Assembly: GCA_964019335.1 (NCBI GenBank)
Contig: OZ025751.1
Location: forward strand, 237,279 to 301,278
DNA: 64,000 nt
Reading direction: 5' to 3'
Origin: Diplonema japonicum
Taxonomy: Eukaryota > Protista > Euglenozoa: Diplonemea
Part shown: one piece after another, positions 22,755 to 33,089 of the stretch
How the letters are laid out: every line of letters begins with the position of its first letter
How positions within the stretch are numbered: the first letter of the stretch is position 1
Notes under the pieces: generated by a model
Database searches by the model: none
What the model was told of the DNA's origin: nothing
What the model saw: only the letters and a program-made list of their open reading frames with translations
Program-made: the position numbers and the translations under genes

Positions 22755-23666
22755 ATAAAAATTTATAGGGAGGGGAGGTTTTTCTTCTTCCCCCCCTCAC
22801 TTTCTAGTTCTCTTTTTTTTTTTTTCTTATTGTAGATTTAAATAGGCATGATGGTCTTCTTCGTTTCTTTTCTTTCTTTCTTTCTTTTTCCCACCCCCCT
22901 TCTTCATGTGTGTAATCACTTATTTCTTTTATTGTTTTCTCTGAGAAAGAAAGAAGGAAAAAAAAAGTGATGCGTGTTGTGCAGGAAAAAAAAAAGAAAC
23001 TGTACAAAAAAAAAAAAAAAAAAAAAAAAAAACGAATGAAGAATTAGGTATCCCCTTCCCCCCGCAAATGAGGACCCAGAGCAATGTTTCCTTATTCCTC
23101 GTTGGCATGGGGGGGGAAAAAAAAACCTGTGAAAAAAAAATTCAAATAGAGTTTAAACCCCCTCCGGACATATTTTGAACTTGCCCGCCTTACCCTTAGT
23201 CTCCCACTGTGTGACCAGGACAAGTCTACCCAAGGACCTACTCCCTGCCATTGAGAAGGTGGTGCAGAAGCAGGGAAAGTCCTAGGCTGCACAGGGCAAG
23301 AGTAATGAGAAGTTGGCCTGTAGCATTAATTGACAGGATTCCCAACTTTTTATACCGGCCGGGGGAGGGGGGGAATAATGAAAAAAAGGAATTATTTTTC
23401 TTTAAAAAAAAGAAGTACAGTCCCAACATGCACCCCCCCCCCCCCCCCCCCCCACCCACCTGTTAGATTTGTTCCCTTCCCCTCCCTATTTTCCCCCTCT
23501 CCCCCTTGCACCTTCAAAATTAATATCTGGTGGACAAACAAATGTACCTTCCCCATGTCTGTCCACACCCTCCTTGTCAGTATATCACCCCTCCCCCTCC
23601 CCCTTTCTATTCTTAATACTATTATTTCGAAGCTTAAAATTGCAGAAGGGGGGATGCAAAGACGGG

Positions 23667-25358
23667 ATGCGTCGTACCGCGCTGATGCAGGTGATGGTGG
23701 TGGTGATGGTGGTTCTGGTCTGCTTGAGATGGGCAGCAACACCAGCAAGCGGGCATAAACAAAAGGAAAAGAGACCTGCGCTACGGTATAAAGAAGGCAC
23801 CCGAGTGAAGGTACAAACAAGAACTTTCAGAGCAGACAGCCGTGTTGTGCGAAATGAAATTCACGAAGAGATGAAAGGGGAAACCGGGGTAATAGTCACA
23901 GTAGACATTAATGACAGGACTTATTTGGTGGAGACAGAAGAAGCTCTTGGCTGGTTTATAGAGGAAGACCTAGGTCCTGCGCCTCATGTGGAGAGTCACG
24001 TTGCAGTGCTGACCACGCCCTCTCCTACACCGCGAGCTGCGAAAATAACTGCTGCCCCCTCACCACTGTCCCTCTCCTCGTGTGCACATCGCTGCCAAGC
24101 TGCCCTCCTCATTGCTCACACCTCACATTGGGTTTCCTGTCCCACGGTGAACGACACCCTCCCCCCTGCCCACCCCGAACGTCTCCTTACTATCACCTAT
24201 GACGCTGCTTACCCCGCAAACCCTTACACTATCAAGGGCAGGTTGGGGACCTACCTCGCAATCGGCATGGACAACAAGGTCTCCATGGACAGGCCCGTCG
24301 CAAAGTCGTTCGAGCATTTCGGTGTGCGGGAGAAGGACGGCAACATACAGCTCTTCACAGAATGCAGCGCGCAGATATGCGGAAAGAAGGTCAGAAAATG
24401 GCTGAAATACGACAAGGAAGCGAAAAGGCTTGTGGGCAGTGACGAGCACAGCGCAAGCTGGTTCACACTGAAGGTGCCATGCTCCGACAGTTCTGGTGAA
24501 GAAGATCATGTTGAAAGCGGTGAGGTCAGCATGTTGCTCTTCACGACGATCAAGCCAGTGGCACGATGGGACGAAGTGTACCGTGCGACACTGGAAAGGT
24601 CCCTCGCAGCGTGGTCGAGGATACAGGGCGTGGGGGTGGCCATTCTGTCCGAGGACAGCAAGACACGACGCGCGGTGCGCGACCTTACTGACACAGAAAC
24701 AACCATAGTGACCGACGGGAGCATCGACATCAACCAAGACTTCAAAACCCCCACCTACAGCTCCATCTTCCACCGTGGCCAAGCCCTCGCACTAAAGCAC
24801 GGGAAGGACCTTGCTATGTACTGCAACGGAGACATCCTGTTCACATCGACTGTGATGCACACGGTCGCTGTCGTGCACACATGGATGAAGCGTGAGGGGA
24901 GGCAGTACATGATGGTAGGGAGGAGGTTCAACAAGGTACTGGGGGACGAACAGCTTCCCGGTGAAGGATGGGAAGAATACATTGAAGCGATGAAGGGCCA
25001 ACAGTGGCAAGAAGACGCCATTGACTACTTCATCTTCAGCAAGAATCTGTACAACTGGCAGACCATCCCCCCTATGGTCATAGGCGGCACTGCTTTCGAC
25101 AATTGGATCCTCCAGAAAGCCCTTGACGACCCTAAGGTAACAGTCGTGGACGGGACCCTGACCATTACTGCTGTTCACCAGTCCACCTCAACAGAGACTC
25201 TTTACAGCTCTCATAAGAACCCCCAGTCGGAATACAACCACAAGCTGGGGGAACAAGCAGGCGGTTGGGCACGAGGAAAGGTCACCCTAGCACCCCTCAT
25301 CACAGCCTACCTGAATGGCAAGGTCGTGCTTTATGAGCGCGGCACTGCTACAACATGA
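23667..25358 (+). CDS. Type II membrane glycosyltransferase-like (GT-A) protein
   Basis: N-terminal anchor (VMVVVMVVLVCL), a stem region, then YCNGDILF (DxD-like), VGRR, IDYFIFS, FDNW and AVHQ. Confidence 0.7.
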   Translation: MRRTALMQVMVVVMVVLVCLRWAATPASGHKQKEKRPALRYKEGTRVKVQTRTFRADSRVVRNEIHEEMKGETGVIVTVDINDRTYLVETEEALGWFIEEDLGPAPHVESHVAVLTTPSPTPRAAKITAAPSPLSLSSCAHRCQAALLIAHTSHWVSCPTVNDTLPPAHPERLLTITYDAAYPANPYTIKGRLGTYLAIGMDNKVSMDRPVAKSFEHFGVREKDGNIQLFTECSAQICGKKVRKWLKYDKEAKRLVGSDEHSASWFTLKVPCSDSSGEEDHVESGEVSMLLFTTIKPVARWDEVYRATLERSLAAWSRIQGVGVAILSEDSKTRRAVRDLTDTETTIVTDGSIDINQDFKTPTYSSIFHRGQALALKHGKDLAMYCNGDILFTSTVMHTVAVVHTWMKREGRQYMMVGRRFNKVLGDEQLPGEGWEEYIEAMKGQQWQEDAIDYFIFSKNLYNWQTIPPMVIGGTAFDNWILQKALDDPKVTVVDGTLTITAVHQSTSTETLYSSHKNPQSEYNHKLGEQAGGWARGKVTLAPLITAYLNGKVVLYERGTATT

Positions 25359-25712
25359 TGAGGAACTTAATTTTTTTTTTTTTTTGTTCTAAAGATTTTC
25401 TTGGAAGAAACAAAAAAAAAAAAAAAAAAAATTGGTTATCACGAAAGGAAAGGGTTTTACAAAAAAAAAAAAGGAGAAGAAAAAAAAGATGGCGGGTAGA
25501 CTGGGCAAGTTACCGAGGAAGAACATTTTGATTTTCGCCGGCTTTTCGCTTTTGCTCGCCTTGGGTGATGGGAGGATCAAATAAAATAATATTTAAAAAA
25601 ACAAATTAGTATTTAGAAGAAAATAACGGTGCGGAAGGGGTGTGTGTTCTATATATTTTACCCCCTCTTTCAAAAACAAAAATAGCGTACCTCACCACAG
25701 GGCACACATGCG

Positions 25713-27140
25713 ATGCTATGGCAACTGCTGACGGCGTGCCTAGCGGCTAATGTGACCTACCATGACTTTCTACTTAACGCGGGACGCAAGGAATACGCAG
25801 TCCCAGCAAGGGAGTGTGTGTCATTCAAGGTGGACCTGCCGAGAGAGCACACACTGCAGCTGACCTTCGATGTGGACTTCAAGGCACAGCTAATGACCAC
25901 GGAGAACAGCAGGCAGTATGACGCCTCCGGCGTGATGGAGTGCTGGCTGTCGCCGAGAAACCTCGACTACCGTGGGACGCCCTGCCTCGGGTGCAGCGTG
26001 CTGACTCCAAACGAAACGCTGGAGCGGCAGTGCGTGTCCAACGCTGATTCTCATGAAATGTTTCTCGAGGTGTACAACCCCAGCGAGCTGGGAGGGGTCT
26101 TTGCTTACCAAGATGCCCTGACACATGTCAGCACACTATCTCACGAGTGCGACCCTCTGGGCATCGTGGACAGCGATAAGTGCGGCAACGCAAATGTCCC
26201 CACATGTAATACTCTCGGCGATGGTACAGGCGGGGTCGTCGTGGGCCGCAAGTCCGCATCCTCATGCACGTGCTTCTGCGTGGGTGACTGGACGGGCCCC
26301 GACTGCACGGTCCCTCCACCGTGCTCCACCATTTCCATGGCCGACGGTTGCAACGGCGGTGCGTGCAAGAACCTCGCCCCTGCGTATGTGGGAGCCGTTG
26401 TTTTCAAGAACGAATCGTTCGGCACACAAGGTTCAAGCTCCGCACTCAACACAAGCGCGATGGAAGGACTGCTGAACCCATTAACGAAGGCACCGCTTCC
26501 GGAGCAAGTGTGCGCTGACGATTACGTTGTGGATGGAACGGTGAAGCTGCAGTGCAAAGTGACAGGAGCACTAGGGGCGAGGAGCACACTTCTTGGCGAA
26601 TTGTGCAAACCTGTCACAGATGACTGCTCCTTTGGCAGGTGCGGAACGGGACAGTCATGCTCAGACGCAGATGGGAACAAGAACAACAAGTTCACCTGCA
26701 CCTGCAACTCACCTTATGAAGGGTCTGCTGATAACGGTGCTGCAACGTGTGTGCTGACCACCCCTTCACCGCCGGACGACACTCCGAACAGGCTGTGGCT
26801 GGGCTTCCTTGTGGGTTTTGCGTCTATCTCGTGTATATGTATATTGGTGCTAATAGGTATTCATTTATATTTCGAGCGGCAACGGAAGGCGTTGACCGCC
26901 CTTAGTTCGATTCCCCAAAGTCTCCCTCCTGCGGAGGCTCAAGTTCCCTTGCTTTCTGCTTCACCGTTGGTTGCTCCCGTGGACGCCACCCCTGCGCCTG
27001 TTGTTGAGAAGGAGAAGGAGCCAGATCCTGTTCCTCCTGCTCCCCCTCCCCCACCGCAGGGGGTTCAGGAGTTGCAAATTGAAAAACCCCCGAAAGAACA
27101 AAAGGAGGAGCCTGCGTGGCTTTGGGAATCTAGGAAGTGA
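25713..27140 (+). CDS. Type I membrane protein with EGF-like Cys-rich domains
   Basis: Signal-like N-terminus, EGF motifs CTCFCVGDWTGPDC and FTCTCNSPYEG, TM helix LWLGFLVGFASISCICILVLIGIHLY, Pro-rich tail. Confidence 0.8.
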   Translation: MLWQLLTACLAANVTYHDFLLNAGRKEYAVPARECVSFKVDLPREHTLQLTFDVDFKAQLMTTENSRQYDASGVMECWLSPRNLDYRGTPCLGCSVLTPNETLERQCVSNADSHEMFLEVYNPSELGGVFAYQDALTHVSTLSHECDPLGIVDSDKCGNANVPTCNTLGDGTGGVVVGRKSASSCTCFCVGDWTGPDCTVPPPCSTISMADGCNGGACKNLAPAYVGAVVFKNESFGTQGSSSALNTSAMEGLLNPLTKAPLPEQVCADDYVVDGTVKLQCKVTGALGARSTLLGELCKPVTDDCSFGRCGTGQSCSDADGNKNNKFTCTCNSPYEGSADNGAATCVLTTPSPPDDTPNRLWLGFLVGFASISCICILVLIGIHLYFERQRKALTALSSIPQSLPPAEAQVPLLSASPLVAPVDATPAPVVEKEKEPDPVPPAPPPPPQGVQELQIEKPPKEQKEEPAWLWESRK

Positions 27141-28048
27141 TGTTAAAGAGGGGGAGAGAGAGAAAAAAAAATTTTTTTTTTGAAATAGTAGTACTGACAA
27201 CTTAACAAACGGAACGGTTTTCCCCCCTCTTTTTTTTTTTGAATTATTGTTTCTATATCCCCATTTTTTTTTTTTATTTTTTTTTTCATTTCGGCAAACA
27301 TTTGTTTCACCCTTCTTTTTTTTTTCTTTTTTTTTTCTATGTTTACCCACCCCATCCCATTAGTTCTGTTCTTTTAGTAATGACTTCATATCTCTGAAAT
27401 GTTCCCAAGCTATCTCCCCCCCCCCCTTTTTTTAATCTTGGGCGATTTCCTTGTAGTTCAAAAGTTGCAATGCAATCGTTCCCATTGTATTTTCGGCAAA
27501 TAGAACCCCCGATCATTCCTTACACACCAAGTTTGGATTAACTTTAGAGATATGAGGGTGTATTTTTTTTCTTTTTTTTTTTTCTCTTTTTTTGTGGTGT
27601 ATCGTTACAGTTTTTACCCCCCCCCCCCATTTTTGTGATTTTTTATTGTGGAGCGAACAAAAAAGAAATATAAAATGAAGGTGCGAAAAAAAGAAGAAGA
27701 AAAATATAAGCTTTTTTGTATGCGAAAAAGTCTATACGGGGGGAGGGTTTTTTTTTTCTTCTTTTTTTTCCTCCCCCCTCTTTTTCAAAAAAAAAAAAAA
27801 CGTAATTTTTTTTTGAATATTAGAGAGGGGAGGAGAAGAAAAAAAATATTTTTTTATAAAAAAAAGAAAAACCAAACCCCGCGTTACGATACGACGAGCA
27901 TCGTTATAAAAAAAAAAAATCTCTGCAATTTTTTTTTCTCGTTTGTTTTTTTTAAAATTTTTTTTGTTCTTCACTCCCCCTTTTAAAAAAAAAATTAAAA
28001 AAAAAAAAGGTAGACAACAACAACAACAACAACAAAAAAAAAAAAAGA

Positions 28049-28963
28049 ATGACGGAGAAACTCGCGACAGACCGCAGAGCGGGTCTATGGGCAAGCTGCA
28101 GGGAACTAGATCTAGAAGGCCAGATCAACGCAACCCCAGCAACAGCTGTAATCAGCATCATGGCCGTTGTAACTCTGATAACAAGCATAGTTTTGAACGA
28201 CCACGTGCTCTGGACTGTGGACCACAGGGCCGTCTTTGTGATCGGCAGCTACGTGATCTTCAGCTCTTACTACATGATCTATTATTTCCTGGAGAAGTAC
28301 AGCTCGTCGTTTAGAGGGATTTCTCCGGAAAAGCGATTCTACACCATTTCTAATTTAATCAAATCGGGGATGCTTGCTGCTATCACACCCTTTTCTATCC
28401 AGGGCCTTTACAACATCATCTACCTGGACCTGTGGGAAACCATTAAAATCCGAAATCTCGGGTGTCTTTATGCCATTCCGGATTTTGTGTCCTTGCTTAT
28501 AGTGAGGAAGATGCAATGGACGACAATTTTCCACCATATATGTGTCTGTGCCTTCAACTATGCAAATGTGAGTAATGATTACAGCGAGGACAACGTTTGC
28601 AGGATGATCGTGGTTTATGCAATTTTCTCTATTTTCGCGTATAGTGTGAATATGTTGCTGGCGTCGAGGTTTCTTGGGTTTGGGAAAAAGATAAGAAAGC
28701 TTCTTTCCGGGTGTGCCTTGGTGGTTTACGTCAGCTGCTGTGCAATTAACTGGTCTTGGCAGGTCTACTACTGGCAGCATCTCTGGAGGAAGGACCCGCA
28801 CTGGTCCCTCATCGCTTATGCCAGCGCCATCGTTCCCGTGGTTTACGATGATCTCTACCTTAACAGATGGCTGCTGTTCAATTTCAACAGATTATCTGCT
28901 GAGATAAAAAACGGCAGCCAGCCTAACAGCCCGTCTCAGCAGGCTGCTAAAAAAACTGATTGA
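28049..28963 (+). CDS. Multi-pass membrane protein, TLC-domain-like
   Basis: Six to seven hydrophobic segments with YAIPDFVSL and TTIFHHICV (the HH pair is typical of TLC). Confidence 0.7.
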   Translation: MTEKLATDRRAGLWASCRELDLEGQINATPATAVISIMAVVTLITSIVLNDHVLWTVDHRAVFVIGSYVIFSSYYMIYYFLEKYSSSFRGISPEKRFYTISNLIKSGMLAAITPFSIQGLYNIIYLDLWETIKIRNLGCLYAIPDFVSLLIVRKMQWTTIFHHICVCAFNYANVSNDYSEDNVCRMIVVYAIFSIFAYSVNMLLASRFLGFGKKIRKLLSGCALVVYVSCCAINWSWQVYYWQHLWRKDPHWSLIAYASAIVPVVYDDLYLNRWLLFNFNRLSAEIKNGSQPNSPSQQAAKKTD

Positions 28964-29955
28964 TAAAAAAAAAAAAAAAAGAAACTTGTATTATAAAACT
29001 GAAGGGGAAGAAAAAAAAATTAAAATAAAAAATAAAAAAAAACTTTAACAATTTATGGGGAGTCCCTTCTTCATTGCGTTGTTTCGGTTTTTTTTTTTTT
29101 TGTGACATAAAGAAAAGGGAAAACCATTTCTTATTTTTTTTTTCCCCCTCCACTACTTTTTTTTCCCCCCCTCCTCTACTAAAAAATAACTTAAAAAAAA
29201 CAATTTTCTGGGTTTTTTCATCTCGCTGAATTGGGAGATTCTTTTATTTTTTCCCTCTTTCTTTTTTTTTCTTTTTCTTCTCCGCCCTTTTTTTCTTTTT
29301 CTTTCTTTGACAGGTGAGGACCACTCCTGTGGTTTGTCATCTTGAGATTTACCGCAAAGGGAGGAACAGAAAAGAAAAGGAAAAAAAAAAAAAAAGAAGA
29401 AGGAAAAAAAAACAAAGATAAGACCGCCCCCTACGAGGGGGGTAGCGTTTGAAAAGTCTTTCTTTTGAAAGACGGTCTCTTCACCATGAGGTTTGCCCAA
29501 GGGGGACTTTAAAAAAAAAAAAGGGAGGAGGAGAGCGTTTTTACCAGCAGGGATACGTTCTCTTTGAGGGTTTGAGATGCACACATTCTTGCCTTGATTT
29601 CGGCGATTGCCCCCTTTTCTTTTTGTTTATTACCTTTCCGTCCTTTCCCCTCCCCCCCCCCCCCCCCCAACTTTACTAATTGCTTCTTTTTTTTCTTTTC
29701 TAGGAGGGGGAGCCTTCGTAGCGTACGTTATGACGCATGTGCCTTAATTCTGGGATTTTTTTTCCATTCTCCCTTATTTTACGCTGCAACTGCTTTCCCC
29801 CTCCGTTCCCTCTCTTTCCCATTTCATATACCTTCTTAACAAAGGCAAAAGCTTTTTTTTATTTATTTTCCGTCCTCTTTGTTTTTGTGTGCACTTTATT
29901 CATGACACCTGCTTTCTTTCTTCTTCTAACCCCTCTGAAGGTCACACAACAAACC

Positions 29956-32445
29956 ATGAGATCATTTCTCGTTCTAGCGTTGCTCCCGACAGCGCTGTGC
30001 GCTTGGGACGCGCAGCGTTCTGAGGAAACCCGAACCCAGCAACACGGTGCGGACATCGGGAGGAGGGCCCTCCGTGCTGTGTCAAGGGGTGGTGCTGGGA
30101 GGCCCAGTGGGGGTGTGTATGGAAGCGCCATCCTTGCAAAGTTCCGCGAAGGTGTGGAAAGCGGTTTGTGGCACGCACCCCATGAGGTGTTGGAGGAGAT
30201 TGCCGACGACAGCCTGAAGGTAGACCCCCTCTTCTCTTCGCAGGTGGGGATCGATATTGCTGTGTCGCTACTTGCAATGCTCGCCACCATGTCAGCTGCT
30301 GCGTCGGGTATCGGTGGAGGGGGTCTCCTTGTCCCCATCTACTTGCTTGTGATGGGATGGGACATTTCCCTTGCTGTCCCCCTCTCCAACGCCACTATCT
30401 TTGGTAATGCCATCGCCAACATTATGATCAACTTCCCTCTGCGTCACCCAACGGCCGACCGTCCTCTCGTTGACTTCGACCTTGCCCTCGTCCTCATCCC
30501 GATGGAACTGTGCGGCAGTCTTGTTGGTGTCATGTTGAACATCATCTTCCCCCAGTGGCTGACCCTCACGTGTCTGCTGATCTTGCTTTGCATCACAACG
30601 TACAGAACATACATGAAGGGTTCCGCCCAGTGGGCGAAGGAGAACGTTGAGAGGAAGAAGATTGCAAGGAGGCAGGAGGCCGACGCTGCTGCCGCCGGGG
30701 ACCTCAAGACAGTGACATTAGAAGACCAGGAAGGACAGCAGGTCGAGATGCAGGTCATCAATGGTGACAATCAGAAGAGCACGATCAGCCAAGTGGCGAC
30801 GGCCATGTCGCTGGGAGGGGAGCCCATCCTGCAGTTTGCTGACAAGAGAGGTGACAAGCTGAAGTCACTTGCATATGACACTGTGGACAACAACGGGGTT
30901 TACTACGTGACAGTGAGGGACCCACCCACGAGGAAGGAGCTACTTGACACCACTTTCCGCAAGACATTCGAGAAGAACGCACCAACCGCTGAAGACCTGT
31001 CGAAACTCATCATCCTGGACCCTGTGCAGACACCTTCGCATTCCTCCAGCAGGAAGTACGCTGGCTCTTCGCAGCCTTACGACTCTTGGTCCACTGTGCA
31101 GGTGATCTCATGGCTGCAGGCAGTCACCGATGACAACCAAGCCCTCTGCTACAACGTGGAACATAACATGCTGACAGGCACTGACCTCGCTCTTATCGCT
31201 TCTGACATGAGCCTCGGGCATGAACAGCTTCTGAACCTTGGTGTGTCTGTGGAGTCTGACAGGGAGCTGCTGATCCTTCATGTGAGGGCTCTTGCTGACC
31301 AGGACTTCATGCTTCTTGTGTACACTGCTGAGGAAGTCCCTTGGGCATCGTGGAACAGGTCTACTGAGTACAAAACAGAGGGCATGAGCGAGGAGCTTGA
31401 TCTGGACGGCTGGATGGAAGACGATCCGAACCACCCAAAGAACACGAAGGACTACCTCTCCTCGCAGTCATACGTGAACGTGCACAAGTGGTCTGTTGAG
31501 ACGGTGCTGCTGTGGGTGGACAAGATCTCCGACTACAACTACCAGCTGAAGCAGCAGATCATGAAGAACGACATCGACGGGCGCACGTTGCTGGAGCTGA
31601 GGGCAGACGACCTTGTGGCCCTTGGGGTACCCCAGCTGGGACCCAGGCTTTCCTTCATCGAGAGGGTGCGCGAACTGAGCTCTTTGGACAAAGTACACAA
31701 GAAAATTGTCGAGTCTGAGAGGCACATTCCGTACACCACAAACCTGTTGGTTCTGTTTGCGTCGTGGGTCATGCTTCTTGTGCTAGCCATCTTGAGGGGC
31801 GGTGGTAAAACTGGTGGACAGTCCCCTGTTGCAACATGGGAGGGCAAGACGCAGGAGGAGTTCTGCAACACTCCGAGTTTCTGGGTGTTGTGGTGGATTG
31901 GTGTACCCGTGCTGGTGCTGGTGACATATCTGGCAGGAAACTACCTTACAAGCAAGCATGAGAAGAAGCTGTTGACGCACTTCGAGTTCCACGAGGGAGA
32001 CATCAGGTGGACGAAGAAGAGGGTTGTGGTGTACCCCGTCATCGTGATCGGGGCAGGGGTGCTGGCAGGGTTGCTCGGTGTGGGGGGTGCGATGGTGACA
32101 GGCCCCCTCATGCTCGAGATGAACATGATCCCCAGGGTGTCGACGGCCACGTCATCCTTCCTCATCATCTTCACGACTGGGGTTGCAGCCATTGCCTACA
32201 TCTCCCTTGGGACGCTGAAGATCGACTATGGTATCTGGTTCGCATGCATCGGGGCCACAGGGGCGACCCTCGGGCTCAGGATCATCAACCTGCTGTTGAA
32301 GAAATACAACAGGCAGTCCATGGTGATCTGGTCCCTCACCCTTGTCTTCCTCCTTGCCATCGTCGGCACCATCGTGGCCGGCATCATCCGTACCATGGAT
32401 GCCATCGACAAGGGGACCACCGGGTTCAAAGGAATTTGCTCGTGA
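29956..32445 (+). CDS. TauE/SafE-family (sulfite exporter-like) transporter with two SAM domains in the central loop, copy 1 (intronless, 829 aa)
   Basis: Two TauE halves (ASGIGGGGLLVP and AGLLGVGGAMVTGP). SAM-like segments WSTVQVISWL... and WSVETVLLWV...NDIDGRTLLELRADDLVALGVPQLGPR. Signal peptide present. Confidence 0.88.
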   Translation: MRSFLVLALLPTALCAWDAQRSEETRTQQHGADIGRRALRAVSRGGAGRPSGGVYGSAILAKFREGVESGLWHAPHEVLEEIADDSLKVDPLFSSQVGIDIAVSLLAMLATMSAAASGIGGGGLLVPIYLLVMGWDISLAVPLSNATIFGNAIANIMINFPLRHPTADRPLVDFDLALVLIPMELCGSLVGVMLNIIFPQWLTLTCLLILLCITTYRTYMKGSAQWAKENVERKKIARRQEADAAAAGDLKTVTLEDQEGQQVEMQVINGDNQKSTISQVATAMSLGGEPILQFADKRGDKLKSLAYDTVDNNGVYYVTVRDPPTRKELLDTTFRKTFEKNAPTAEDLSKLIILDPVQTPSHSSSRKYAGSSQPYDSWSTVQVISWLQAVTDDNQALCYNVEHNMLTGTDLALIASDMSLGHEQLLNLGVSVESDRELLILHVRALADQDFMLLVYTAEEVPWASWNRSTEYKTEGMSEELDLDGWMEDDPNHPKNTKDYLSSQSYVNVHKWSVETVLLWVDKISDYNYQLKQQIMKNDIDGRTLLELRADDLVALGVPQLGPRLSFIERVRELSSLDKVHKKIVESERHIPYTTNLLVLFASWVMLLVLAILRGGGKTGGQSPVATWEGKTQEEFCNTPSFWVLWWIGVPVLVLVTYLAGNYLTSKHEKKLLTHFEFHEGDIRWTKKRVVVYPVIVIGAGVLAGLLGVGGAMVTGPLMLEMNMIPRVSTATSSFLIIFTTGVAAIAYISLGTLKIDYGIWFACIGATGATLGLRIINLLLKKYNRQSMVIWSLTLVFLLAIVGTIVAGIIRTMDAIDKGTTGFKGICS

Positions 32446-33089
32446 TGACAGAAAAAAATGCGCGCTATGAACGATAAGGGGAAATAAAAAGAGCTGAAAA
32501 AAAAAAGAAAAAAAATAAAAATAAAAGAAGAACTATAAAAAAGTCGGCTTTTTTCTTCTTTTTTTCTTTTTTGGGAGCTGTTAGAAAAGGGAACCATGAT
32601 AATTGGGATCTGGCGCTTGTTAAAAAGTACCTTTTTTTCATTTTACGTGTCTCCCCTCCCCGCTTTCTCCCAAAAGAAGAAAAAAAAAAAAAGACGACAG
32701 AAGTCCACCCCCACACTTCTTTATTTTTTTTTTTGTTATTTTTTGCCCATCCTCTTCCGTGTTTTCATCATTTCCCCCTTCCGTTCTATCAGGGCACCCC
32801 TGCACAGCTCTATGTGACTCAATTTGTATCCAGTGAAAAGGTACAATAATCTAACTTAGTCGCATGTACCGTGCTTACTTATCCCCATCCCCCTACTCCG
32901 GTGTGACTGGTGTTGTGTCCAGTTCAAAGGGCACACCATGCTTCTTTTCCCTCCATATTTCCCCAAATTGCTCGCACGTCGCGATGCGTCAAATACAGTC
33001 TACTCTCCCTGCCGCTTCCTCCTTTGCTCTTTCTTTCTTGGTTGTTCTACCCATTTTCCAGGCCACAATAAAAAAGAAAAAGAAAAACC

